Below the pieces are notes generated by a model. It did no database searches. It was not told where the DNA came from and was given only the letters and a program-made list of their open reading frames with translations. Both the position numbers and the translations under genes were made by a program. A DNA stretch of 64,000 nucleotides from Nemertoderma westbladi (taxonomy: Eukaryota; Animalia; Xenacoelomorpha), in assembly GCA_032718475.1 (NCBI GenBank), contig JAUCBJ010002835.1, positions 1-64,000 of the forward strand. Direction: 5' to 3'. This document shows, in pieces, positions 47,401 through 59,923 of the stretch; position 1 is the stretch's first letter, and every line of letters starts with the position of its first letter.

Positions 47401-49125
47401 CTACTACTATAATCGGCCTGCCAGTACGTTCCTTAAACAGACCACTGACCACTACTACTACTATAATCGGCCTGCCAGTATGTTCCTTAAACAGACCACT
47501 GACCACTACTACTAATATAATCGGCCTGCCAGTATGTTCCTTAAACAGACCACTGACCACTACTACTACTATAATCGGCCTGCCAGTATGTTCCTTAAAC
47601 AGACCACTGACCACTACTACTACTATAATCGGCCTGCCAGTAAACTGACCACTACTACTACTATAATCGGCCTGCCAGTATCTTCCTTAAACAGACAACT
47701 ACTACTATAATCGGCCTGTCAGTACGTTCCTTAAACAGACCACTGACAACTACTACTACTATAATCGGCCTGCCAGTATGTTCCTTAAACAGACCACTGA
47801 CCACTACTACTATAATCGGCCTGCCAGTACGTTCCTTAAACAGACCACTGACCACTAACTACTATAATCGGCCTGCCAGTACGTTCCTTAAACAGACCAC
47901 TAACTACTATAATCGGCCTGCCAGAATGTTCCTTAAACAGACCACTGACCACTACTACTACTATAATCGGCCTGCCAGTATGTTCCTTAAACAGACCACT
48001 GAACACTACTACTACAGTACTATAATCGGCCTGCCAGTATGTTCCTTAAACAGACGCCTGACCACTACTACTATAATCGGCCTGTCAGTATGTTCCTTAA
48101 ACAGACCACTACCCACTACTACTACTATAATCGGCCTGCCAGTATGTTCCTTAAACAGACCACTGACCACCACTACTATAATCGGCCTGCCAGTATGTTC
48201 CTTAAACAGACCATTGACCACCACTACTATAATCGGCCTGCCAGAATGTTCCTTAAACAGACCACTGACCACTACTACTACTATAATCGGCCTGCCAGTA
48301 TGTTCCTTAAACAGACCACTGAACACTACTACTACAGTACTATAATCGGCCTGCCAGTATGTTCCTTAAACAGACCCCTGACCACTACTAGTATAATCGG
48401 CCTGTCAGTATGTTCCTTAAACAGACCACTACCCACTACTACTACTATAATCGGCCTGCCAGTATGTTCCTTAAACAGACCACTGACCACTACTACTATA
48501 ATCGGCCTGCCAGTACGTTCCTTAAACAGACCACTGACCACTAACTACTATAATCGGCCTGCCAGTACGTTCCTTAAACAGACCACTAACTACTATAATC
48601 GGCCTGCCAGAATGTTCCTTAAACAGACCACTGACCACTACTACTACTATAATCGGCCTGTCAGTATGTTCCTTAAACAGACCACTACCCACTACTACTA
48701 CTATAATCGGCCTGCCAGTATGTTCCTTAAACAGACCACTGACCACCACTACTATAATCGGCCTGCCAGTATGTTCCTTAAACAGACCATTGACCACCAC
48801 TACTATAATCGGCCTGCCAGTACGTTCCTTAAACAGACCCCTGACCACTACTACTATAATCGGCCTGCCTGTATGTTCCTTAAACAGACCACTGACCACT
48901 ACTACTACTATAATCGGCCTGTCAGTATGTTCCTTAAACAGACCACTGACCACTACTACTACTATAATCGGCCTGCCAGTATGTTCCTTAAACAGACCAC
49001 TGACCACTACTACTACTATAATCGGCCTGCCAGTATGTTCCTTAAACAGACCACTGACCACTGCTACTACTATAATCGGCCTGCCAGTATCTTCCTTAAA
49101 CAGACCACTGACCACTACTACTACT
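38473..49125. repeat. 51-bp satellite array (~210 monomers) with higher-order structure
   Basis: Unit ataatcggcctgccagta(t/c)gttccttaaacagacc(a/c)ctgaccactactact; rare variants recur at 1612-bp spacing. Confidence 0.98.
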
Positions 49126-49161
49126 GTCGGCGTGCTGCATTTCAGCTGCAGTACCGATACC

Positions 49162-50235
49162 CAGGGCTCCCACCACTGCGTTATTTTAACGCGTCGCGCT
49201 ATTTCCAAAATTTTGCGTCATTCAACTATTATTGAGCAAAAACCATGAAAATTGCGTTATTTTAAGATTTTCCATTTAATAGACATGAAATTTATAAACC
49301 TTGTAAGTTGTAACTGAAATTAAGCTGTGGCGGTATAATAAATTATTGTATAAGTTGCATGTGTACCTGTTCATTCTGAAGGAAACATGCAAAGCGACCT
49401 TGGATTTGGACACCCCCCCCCCCCCCCCCCCCCCACCCATAATTAGAAAACCAGGATTGATTGAATTTCACATTTAAAAACATTAACATTTCAATAGACT
49501 AGGCCCTACAGGTGTCAAGTCGATGCACAATATCCATTACTCACTACCCCCCACCCCTCCACCTATACCAATGCATTTGCTGAATAATATAATATTTAGC
49601 TTTTATGGGAGCTTAAGTGAAGAGGAGTAACTACAATTTAATTTAGCGACTCCAAACGTTTGTAATTATTTTTTGTCCCAAAGGCAATACAAAATACTGC
49701 ACCTTATCGAACAATTTTTCAATCTGTGTTTTATTCAGTGTAATTTTTTTTATGAATCGGTTCAAATCATTATTATGTATGTATATCCAGTGCCATAAAG
49801 CAATGTTGGCTGAAATTGAGCTTCGGCCATTTTATACACAATAATGCTCAAAAAGCGCCGTTTTTTGTGTTTTCAGTCAGAATTGTTTAAGAAATAGAAA
49901 TAGATTCTGAGAAAAATGGGTTTAACGATTAAGGAAAAATACAGATAATAGGATCTTTCATGTTTCGACAATAACTTTTAGCAATTTTATTCATATCTTT
50001 TTTACTTTGGGAGCCTTTCTGATGAAATGGCCTTAAACAATTGAAAAATGCTTGTAGATTTTAAATTTCCATTAAATTCGGCACAGGATATGATCATAAA
50101 AAATTTTAACATTTTCTAAATACGGGGCCCGATCCCCCCCCCCCCCCTCCCATCCACCCCCCTCTCTCTTAAAATACGCTGCGTTATTTTGAACCCTCTG
50201 CGTTTTTATTTTGTTGAGCACTGGTGGGAGCCCTG
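49162..50235. mobile_element. hAT-type MITE
   Basis: TIR cagggctcccacca(c/g)tgc; 8-bp TSD ccgatacc. Confidence 0.9.
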
Positions 50236-50949
50236 CCGATACCCTACCCCTAATGAACATGAAATTTACGAACTTTTCAAAAAAAAAATGTTATCTTTTT
50301 TAGTTTGATAGAAGGGCTTTCACCTTCACGGGTGACATTTATTCTCACCTTGAATAAATTTTCACCACATAACAGCACTTTTCAACAACAGAACTCATGG
50401 ATGATTTACTGTATTCATTATTCTCTGCTTAAAACAACTTTTTTCTCAGTTTGTTGATTCGACGTTTTTCATCACTAAATTCCCTAATACTTTTTTATTT
50501 TTCACTCAATTTTTATCAAACATATACCAAAATGTTCAGTAGCTTTAGGGCTACAATAAAGATTATTGGCTTTGTGAAAGATGGCAATTTGGCCATCTAG
50601 AACCGATTTTGTAACTGCTAGCTACTCTTTGACTATCTCAAAGTCAAAATATGCGATCCAAGAAATATATTCCGAATATACTAAAGCCCCATAAATTTTA
50701 CAAAAATAATAATTTTATGTTGAAATTTTCATAAAAAATTGCCTAGATATCTTGGCTGACATACATCTGACCATCACCATACATACTGTAATACCAATAT
50801 CAGTGGCTGTGGAACAGTACAAGTTCAGTCATCAGTCAGTCAGTAGGCTAGGCCTACAGGCAAGGCGTTCTTTACTAATCGTAACTAACTCTATTCGTAC
50901 ATTAACTTCTTTAACCTCTGCTGTTAGTCATTATAATGTGATAGAGCGT

Positions 50950-51973
50950 CAACGAGTTGGATTATGTCTTCGCATTTTTTTGCGAAGAAACAATTGCAGT
51001 GTTTGAGTCATCGACATCTGTTGCTTTAAGTAAAGTTCAAGAAACTGTAGAATTTCTGAAAATTGTTGTGCGATTTTGGCGAATTGTAAACGTCCGTACT
51101 GTTGATGAAGATATTCGCACTCGAGATGAAATACGTGCTGTTATCCGTTGTGAGTCTGATTCGCGTTTGCCAACTCTGTTAGATGTTGCGGATATGGCTG
51201 ACTCTATGACGAACCCAGGGAAAGCCAATGAACGAGTTCGATGTCTTACTATGGACACTGGTAACGCGTTGTCTCACACTTGCCGTGGACTTGTTGAATT
51301 AGTTCGCAAACGCCTCTGTACTGCAGAATTTGTCATGATTGGTGACCATAATAGCGATGATGTGGATAGTACTTTTGGGATGTTGCGTCAAGGTTCTGGG
51401 GGAACATATTTTATAAATTGCCAACAGACTCTTGAGAAATATAGCATTTTGGTTACAAAGCTTTTTCTTGAGTTAGGCAATGAAATTGAAGGAACTGTGG
51501 CCCATGACTGTGACCATTGTCTATCTGAATTATGTGAGGATGAGTTTGATATGATTGACAACTTAGAAAATCTAGAAGACTCTCTCTCTCTCGATCAAAA
51601 GCAAGCTATCGTTTATATTGCAGGATATATTACTCCAAATTATATAAACGGAACTCATGAAATGCAATACTATCTAAAATACGGATCGTATCTAAACAGA
51701 TTGAATCGGGGAGGTCTCAAGAAACCTGACGACAATACATGTAGGTTTGCGTTTTTCTGCTACATATTGTTCGTCAATTTTAAAACCCATTTTTGCCGCA
51801 AATCCATCCTCACTGTCTTTATGTATATATCCTCACTTTATGATTTGAACATAATTGTTCAATCTGCTCGAAAACTAGTCAACATATTCATTAATAATGA
51901 TTGTTTTCTAAAAACTCCTCGTTCTAGTAAGGAAAGTGCTCAAAAGAAGATCAAATTATCTGATTCATACTAA
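50950..51973 (+). pseudogene. 5'-truncated P-element/THAP9-family transposase
   Basis: FW.IVNV, FGMLRQGSGGTYFI, AIVYIAGYI, LNRGGLKKP motifs; no THAP domain or N-terminal catalytic part; no proper ATG. Confidence 0.75.
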
Positions 51974-52621
51974 TCAAATTTGTGCCTAATTTTAAACAAA
52001 ATAAAATACGTTAATTTTTTTGTGCTATTTACTATCTACTTATCTTAGCTTTGAATTTTGGCAAACACTCTTTCTTTAGTCATTATATTGCATTATTAAA
52101 TCATTAGGCTATAACAGTAGCCATTATAGCATATAGTCATTCGTTTACATTGGAGCAAGTTGGGGGCAGTGTGAAATAAACGTGACTAGTATATGCAACG
52201 CAGTACTCGTCTTCATTACAAGCCTCGTTGCGCTCGTCCGTTTTTTCTGATATTTTTTCCTTAAACATTCACGGACTGCTGTTATAAATATGCAAAGTCT
52301 AGAAACACTGGGTGTCAGGTGGTTAAGGATTAGTAAACTTATTACTCGTTTCCCATTGTAAGCCTCGTTGTGCTCGGCCCGGTTTTGTCTGAAAATTGTT
52401 TTCCTCAACGTTTATTGAATAGATTTAGAATAGATTTATAGAATAGATAGTATGAACAGGCGTTCCAAAACATATAATGCAAGTATTATAGTCAGCCTCC
52501 AGTCAGCCTCCAGTCCTGCACGGTTGCATGGCCTTTAGTAAAGAACGCCTTGCCTACAGGTAATGTAAAACAAACTGGTAGATCAGTACCGTACAGCGCA
52601 GTTAGTACTGTAGTAGGCCTA

Positions 52622-54187
52622 ATGGAATCTTTACCATTACCACACGACTCAACAACTGTTGGTGTCATTAACAAGGAAACCATGGAAACAGAGGATGATT
52701 TCTTCGAGAAGGACTCCCTCTCAGCCGAATCCCCTGGTCTCCTAAATGAGGTGAATGACCAAATATCGTGGATAGGCCTAGTTCCCGAACTGTCTGGCAC
52801 ACTAGATTGCTCAGCAACCGCCAGCGACACCGGTACTGGTTGCACAGCCGCGGCTGCCGCCATCAGTTCCAGTCGGAAGAGGTGGCGAAAAACCACAGAG
52901 AAACTCAAGTTCGAGCGGAATCCTAAAATCCGACGTCGCGCAGCTACAGTCTACCTGCGGCGAATAACAGAACAGATAGCGGGACTAGCTGCGGTGTGCG
53001 GCACACAATGCGCTCTGGTTGTAGCGCAACCAAACAGTGCAGCAATGAGTTCGCTAAACCTCCCAGCAATCAAAGTAATAGGAACGAAACCCCTGGATGA
53101 TGTCATCCGAGCCAGTGAACTCACCCTATTGGATGAGCTGGAATCCTCGCTTCATCGATTGGGACAACCCGATGCAGTTATCAACAAATCAGCGGGGTTC
53201 ATTGATCTCTTCCCCACGGATCTTCCAGTAACCCTTCCTCCATTACACATCGACGGGATCCCAGTGTCCGTAGACCAGATGACACAGGCCCAACTACGTC
53301 GGTTCATCCCTCTGATGCTACAATGTGTAACAAAGAGGGTCCAACCTGGTTGGAATAAACCCACGTTTAAACCAGACTGGTGGCCAACCTGCCTTCCATG
53401 GGGTAATGTTAAGTCGGACTTGCGAACTGCCGCAGAGAAAATGGGTCGCAGTTACACAGAGGTCCTTCGTCAAGTTGTTATTAACTGCTATGAGTGCCAT
53501 GGGAAAGCGGCATATTTGCACAGAGAACATGGACAGGCAGCATCTGTCCGCAGAGACCACGGGAAGTCGCCATATCTTCACAGAGAACAGTCGAGATCCA
53601 CAACGGATAATACAGATGCGGACCCACTAGTCGACTTGGATCACTCCTCATCAGGGCTGGGCCCATTACCGACTCACCATGTGTTTAACCCAAACAGGGA
53701 TGGCACGTTGTCTCTGGTTAATGCATCCACAGGACAGATTGTCCTGACCATCTCTGGGAACGTCCGGGACAGAATTAGTCCGGAACTCATTAATACAGAC
53801 CTTGGGGTGGCATTGCTGCAGGGTATTCTGGAACCTACCAGATCAGACGCTGACATTGTCGATCCTGGAAGATCAGCTGCTGACCTTCTAGAACCCAGCA
53901 GATCGGCTGTGGAACATCTAGAATCTGGCGGATCGACTACAGACCTTCTAGAAACTGGCAGGCTAGCTATGGACCTTCTAGAACCCAGCAGGTCGGCTGT
54001 GGAACATCTAGAACATGGCAGATCAGCCACAGATCTTCTTGATCCTGACAGATTGGCTGCGGATCATTGCAGATCAGCTGCAGATCTTCTAGATCCGAAC
54101 AGGTCGTCTACAGGTCTTCTGGAACCTGGTAGGTCAGCCATGGACCTTCTAGTAGAACCAGACAGAAGCATGTTCCACTTCACATAG
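52622..54187 (+). CDS. NRF1: NRF1/Erect wing/P3A2-family transcription factor, divergent, single ORF
   Basis: FERNPKIRRR, LPPLHIDGIPVSVDQMTQAQLRRFIP, KPDWWP..LPWGNVKSDLRT, LRQVVINCY; first in-frame ATG at 52622. Confidence 0.88.
   Translation: MESLPLPHDSTTVGVINKETMETEDDFFEKDSLSAESPGLLNEVNDQISWIGLVPELSGTLDCSATASDTGTGCTAAAAAISSSRKRWRKTTEKLKFERNPKIRRRAATVYLRRITEQIAGLAAVCGTQCALVVAQPNSAAMSSLNLPAIKVIGTKPLDDVIRASELTLLDELESSLHRLGQPDAVINKSAGFIDLFPTDLPVTLPPLHIDGIPVSVDQMTQAQLRRFIPLMLQCVTKRVQPGWNKPTFKPDWWPTCLPWGNVKSDLRTAAEKMGRSYTEVLRQVVINCYECHGKAAYLHREHGQAASVRRDHGKSPYLHREQSRSTTDNTDADPLVDLDHSSSGLGPLPTHHVFNPNRDGTLSLVNASTGQIVLTISGNVRDRISPELINTDLGVALLQGILEPTRSDADIVDPGRSAADLLEPSRSAVEHLESGGSTTDLLETGRLAMDLLEPSRSAVEHLEHGRSATDLLDPDRLAADHCRSAADLLDPNRSSTGLLEPGRSAMDLLVEPDRSMFHFT
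53825..54170 (+). repeat. 33-bp (11-aa) coding repeat, RSA-x-D/E-L/H-LEP
   Basis: About 10 degenerate units at the C-terminus of the NRF1-like ORF. Confidence 0.85.
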
Positions 54188-55779
54188 GCCAAAATGTAAT
54201 ATTCTTTGTGGCATTTTCTATGTCCAAATATTATACAGTCGAGGTCCTAATGATTCTGAAAACCAGAAATGTATATTATAACTACCGGTACCTCAAAACT
54301 TGAACATAAATTTTTCAGTTAGATCACTTAAAAGGTTTTTTCATGTCATGGCCACGCGTAACATTTTGCAATATTTATATATTTGCATTTTATCGTATAT
54401 GAGTTTCATTTTGCCTTCATTGCTTCATTGAATCAGTCAATTTAGTATGGGTAAAAAAGGGTTTATGGATTTCGAAGCTGGGTAAACATCATTAAACCGC
54501 CCTTTAGCTTTAACACAAATTAGGTATGAAAATATTGGATGAAATTCCAAGACAGCTTCAAGCATGAACTTGCCCAAGAAAGACAAATCACATATCTAAG
54601 AAATCTTTGGAGTCATGTCGTTTCAGGTAATATTTCAAGTTCATGTCTACTGTCTCCTCAAATATGTGTCTGTTTTCATGGTGTTTACAACATCCACTAA
54701 ATCACTATTAGGGTGGAAATAAGTTTAAAATTAAACTTGTATGACGACCTGCAGTGGAACTCTGGAACAATGAAAAATAATCTTATTTGCGAAATGTTAC
54801 AAGCCATATCTGCCTTAATTTTCATTATGGCAATGCCTTAAAGCATTAATCAATACTTAATGCATATCTCAGGAATTCATTTGCAATATTTGGTGTCATA
54901 TATTTTCTTGATCCAAATCAGCAACAGCGATTTCATTACATTTAATTTCTGAGGACATTTTTCACTTCTTCACAGATAATGAAATCTAGTTTGTCTGTAT
55001 GTCGGTCTTTCTGACTATCCGACTATCTGTCTGTCAAATAGAGAAGGACACACCATCTAGCTAAATGTTTAACTATAGGGAGTTTCCTGGTCGCAGAATT
55101 CATTTCGAGTGTCAGTTTTAAAATTTTGATGACTTCCGTCTGTTTGGCTGTCAGATTGTCGGTTATATTTTGACGGCCAGACTGGCAGGCATACAGACAG
55201 AAACACCGAGGCCAAAATTGAAGAATGATATCAGAAATGAAGTCACCGACCACGAAAACCTATATAGGGAATTTTTTAGACAGATAGAATGCTTTTTATT
55301 GATGGGCAGACATACAGGCGGACAAACCGACAGTGGAACGGACAGACAGCCATATCTCGAGAAGTAAGACAGATCATGCTGAACGATTTTCAAATTTGGA
55401 AACTTGATAAAAATCCACTCTAGGTGAAATAGAAAAAAGCCCCCCCCCCCCCCCCCTCCCTCTCTCTCTCTCTTAATACGCTACCGGTATAATTAAATTT
55501 TACTCTCCAAGGTTTACTCTACAACGGGTGTTAATAATATATTATAATATAATAATATTATATATTAAATGGACGCGCTCCCTGGTATGGTTTGGATAAG
55601 ATGTGATAATTCGTAGAGGAACCATTAGTCTTATATCCAAGGCTGTTTGTTACATTCCTTTTTTCTTTGCCTGCATGTTTCTTTGTTTAATGCAATATGA
55701 TGTAGTGCAAGCAGACCCGGAAACAAAGTTACGTATTGAAAAGTTACATATTTGCGTGCCATATCCAAGATTGACACGC

Positions 55780-56215
55780 ATAACGTTCTGGTACATGTAC
55801 TATAATTGGATTAGGTTTCCTCAATAAGATCCAGAAGGACTGATTCCATAGTGCAGCCACAGGCTCCACGCTCCACTGTAAAGTCAAACTTTTAAGAAGG
55901 TCCTCAACCAGTCTGATTTTCACTGTCAGTGCAAGGAGTTTGGTCTTCTTGTAATAATAAAATACCATAAAAAGCTCCCACCAATGTATCAGAAAACCTC
56001 CATGTCATCAGCAAAAGCAATGTCGAAATCAGTAACATAATTTTATGGTGTGATCCATGACTTCACCGACATTGAGGGTACTCCACCCTATTCTTATCCT
56101 TACGGATGATCTTCATTATTATTAACTAAAAGGTAATTATTATGGTAATTAAGAGAAATTGAGGTGTGTCCCCCTGATAGACACCCTGCAGAACTTTAAA
56201 TGAGTGTCTCTCAGT
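55780..56215 (-). pseudogene. Degenerate RTE-clade RT fragment
   Basis: Minus strand FKVLQGVYQGDT and a DFDIAFADD-like motif. Confidence 0.55.
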
Positions 56216-56390
56216 GCAAGTTAATATCATCACGTGCATGCACGTGACGATAAATATGAATATTATTTATAATCATATAATTTGGAGATGGTTGGTTCTC
56301 TTTACTTGTATTTTAATTTAAGTAGTTCTCTCTTTACACGCAGAATTCATGGATTAGGACTCTGGATTAGGACTTTTTGAACCTAATTTC

Positions 56391-56665
56391 GCCCATGTGA
56401 AGAATACCATGATTTCACTTTTCGGTCGACTTTTTATTGGAATTTTAAATATGAAGATTTTTCATTTTTTTTTATTTATATTTATTAAGTGTTTTATAGC
56501 GCTTATTACTGTCTTATATCCTTTACATATACTAATTCGTTTATTGTTTTGGTTAGATTCAGCCCTTCTGTAACCTGTGTTTTTGGTGAAAACCTGGTAT
56601 TCTTCACATGGGGGTAACTGCAAAGTGAAATATAACGGCAGAATGTCTGTATTCTTCACATGGGC
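56391..56665. mobile_element. MITE; near-identical partial copy at ~57409-57665
   Basis: 17-bp inverted repeat gcccatgtgaagaatac; duplicated ~1 kb downstream. Confidence 0.7.
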
Positions 56666-57330
56666 CCCAACTTTGGTACTTGGCTATATTTGTTCCAATT
56701 AACCCTACTGTATATTATATTAACCGTAATATAGTAATAGTCATCGGAATGCGATTAATCATTAAATATGATTCGTATATTTCACAATACTATGAAATGA
56801 ACTCTAGACCGCTGCTCACTCACAGTCACAATTACTCCGAAGTCAGTTATTATAATTTATTTTGTATAAAGCGGCATTGGCCAGTGAAAAGAGTAAATTT
56901 TCTTGAATATGGAATAAATTATATACTAAAAAAGAAAAATTGCTTTGAAGAAAATTGCTGGAAAGTTTCAATATTTAAGAAGAATTAGCTTCTTTCCTGC
57001 CTCAACTGTAAGTATTTGGTGTAGTTTCTTCTGTTTGATTTATATCCTGAAGATGGCCCTAGTGGCAGAATTTAATTGATAATAAAGAACTTGTTTTCTC
57101 ATTTAATCACCAGGGCAGAAATAACTCCAAAAACATAGTCTATATTTCCTGTTCACCGGATATAGGCTTACCCTACATACATTATACATACACATTGTAA
57201 CTTTCCAGCAATTAGTTTTTTACCCAATGTCTTTACGGAAATTCGGAAAATTCACTCGGCCCACAAACTGGTCACAGTCGCTTTATACAAAAAAAAAATG
57301 TAATACAAGAATAGTGCCAATGATTATGCA

Positions 57331-59006
57331 CAGGGCCGGATTAAACAATAGGCTAACAAGGCAGATATTATTGATATAGGCAGAAATTATTATATTATTT
57401 TGTTTCGCGCCCATGTGATGAATACCAGGATTTCACTTTTCGGTCGACTTTTTATTGGAATTTTATATATGAAGATTTTATATTTTTTTTTATTTATCTT
57501 TATTAAGTGTTTTATAGCGCTTATTTCTGTCCTATAACCTGTACATATACTAATTCGTTTATTGTTTTGGTTAGATTCAGCCCTTCTGTAACCTGTGTTT
57601 TTGGTGAAAACCTGGTATTCTTCACATGGGGGGTAACTGCAAAGTGAAATATAACGGCAGAAAGTCTGGTTCTGGTATTCTTTATCCATTGTTTGGGAAG
57701 CTTGTCAACAATTTTATATCTCCTACAATAACTCTAAAAGTTGGATTTCCTCAAGGTGTTCCTCTAAGCGGTCCATTGTTTACGAAAGATACAGATGAAA
57801 TTAGAGAAGAAGATGGTTCCCTTGCCAAGTATTCTGACGATTCTCGTTGCTTGTACTCTATTAGTTGTTCAAAAGATAATGATAAATATGAGCTAAGTAT
57901 TAAGAAAATTGTAGATTTGTCATTAAAGAAAAACTTGAAGCTGAACACAAAGAAGTCTGAGGAACTGTGCTTCATTCCAATAAATTTCAAAGACTCTAAA
58001 ATCGTAGATATTGCAGAGGAAAGGATTACAATTGGGGGTAATGTCGTACCACGACCAGCTATGGTGAAACATCTGGGAGTGTGGATATCAGATAATATGT
58101 CATGGAAAATCCATGTCTCTAACTTAATAAAAAACGTTAACTACATAGTCCGCCAGTTCAGCTTCTTCATTCGGTTTGCGAGTAAAAAGACTAAAATATT
58201 TCTATTCCAAACGTACATTGCACCACACTATTTGTACTGTTCTGTGGCTTGGGTCCCTCTTACACCATCCAGTCTAAGAAAGAAGCTGCGTAAACCAATA
58301 TCACTGTACGCAAGGCACTCTAAGATAGATAAACATGTGTACTTAAAATATATTAATGACGCATTCTCCACTCAATTTGTCAACATGGTTAACAAGATTG
58401 TGGCCACACCCCGACACCCCTTACATGATTTTATCATGGCCTCCAAGTCAACGTCCACCTCAACTCGCAGCAAATACACAATGCCAAACGTTCGTACGAA
58501 ATTATTTCAGAACTCATTTGCACCTATGGCCATACGATACCTTATTAGTAATGAGATGCCGTTATTTTTCGACTGAGTTAATGTCCAATGTTTATTATTT
58601 AATTTCTTATATCATCTATACTTAATGTAATTTTATTTAATTTGGCAAAGACTTTATACTTATTACTTACTTACTTATTTAGCATGTTTTAATGATGCAT
58701 TTGGTTTTACTATTCCCATTTACATTTTATCTATGTACAGGAATTAAAACAATATAATATAATAATAATATAACAAGAAGTTTATGCGATAATTACGGAC
58801 GATTCCTTTCCTGAGTCCCAGTAGTACAAGCGCGAACAATGTACCAAGGCCCAAGCCTACCTCAGACCAATGCTTTCTCATCAAAATTTCAAAAATTGTC
58901 GATGCTATTGGCCTTATCATACAATGGAGGGGAGCTGCTGACTGCCGGTTAAGGGCCCCTCATTCGTTGTTAGCCTAGGGGCCCCCAAAACCTTAATCCA
59001 GCCCTG
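57331..59006. mobile_element. hAT-type MITE with nested insertions
   Basis: TIR cagggc(c/t)ggattaa; 8-bp TSD attatgca (57323-57330, 59007-59014). Confidence 0.88.
57690..58680 (+). pseudogene. 5'-truncated L2/CR1-group LINE (RT C-terminal half)
   Basis: VGFPQGVPLSGPLF, KYSDDS, LKLNTKKS, KHLGVWI, HPLH, RTKLFQNSF; (ttac)n tail at ~58655-58677. Confidence 0.85.
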
Positions 59007-59923
59007 ATTATGCACCCGTACACTACAGCAGTAGTAGTGAAATATTGGAAGTGTATTTAATGGCATTCCGAAAATAAATTAGTAATGTTAAGGATAAAAG
59101 AACCATCATAACCACCAAGTTCAAGAACATGAAGCTAGTACTCTAGTAGTGAGCAGTCAGCTGTTCATCAAAATGCAAATACAACAGGCAGATCCATTAT
59201 AATAGCCCCATCGTATGTCGTACAGTCGTACGCATACGAATTTGGACTTTAGTTAAACCCTCAACTTGCTGTTTCTATTGACTTTCCACTGGACTTCTTA
59301 CACAATGAATGGCGGAAGTTCAAGAGTTCAACAACCGAACAACGCAGTGATTAAATAATGGGTGTGTCCTTTTCGTAATACAGTAATAGAACTTATATAA
59401 ATATTATATTGTCTGTCACCTCACCATGTAAGTTGTAGTACACTTCTTGTGTCTTGCGGTCCGTCTACAGGTCTAAACACCCAAATCACACCAAGACCAA
59501 ATTGACCAAATCACAACAAAAAGATATGAGTTTGGATTTCAGGATTGTCTGATTGTACTATCATTTCTGCCTGTTGTACGCCCATCAGCTTATCTATTCT
59601 GTATTATAAATTACATTGTGTTGTGCATGTGCATACGTTGTGACATAGCTCAGTACTGCAGTAGCTATCATGTCATCATATCTCATTACGACATTAATAA
59701 TTGCCATTATACATTACCACTCAGCCACAGCCACTGGTGTTCCAGCTATTCCTATTATACCAGGCAATGCTAGCGTTATGTTTTATCTTATCTGGCAGTG
59801 CAATCTGTGTTTCTTAGCCTAATAAATTGGTGACAGTTGTGATGTTACCGGTTAAAGGCTAAGGACATCATTATCTAAATCCGTTCGGCTCACAAAAGAT
59901 GATGTTCTATTATATATATTTGG

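Noticed and set aside
38473-49125. CRISPR array, or protein-coding repeat ORFs
   Set aside because: No unique spacers, no cas genes, eukaryotic context. The ORFs arise because 51 is divisible by 3, and +1 variants repeatedly break the frames.
57040-57085. Second hammerhead (CTGAAGA...GAA)
   Set aside because: Stem II is imperfect, GAAA is broken and there is no stem III or cleavage triplet; at most a decayed relic.
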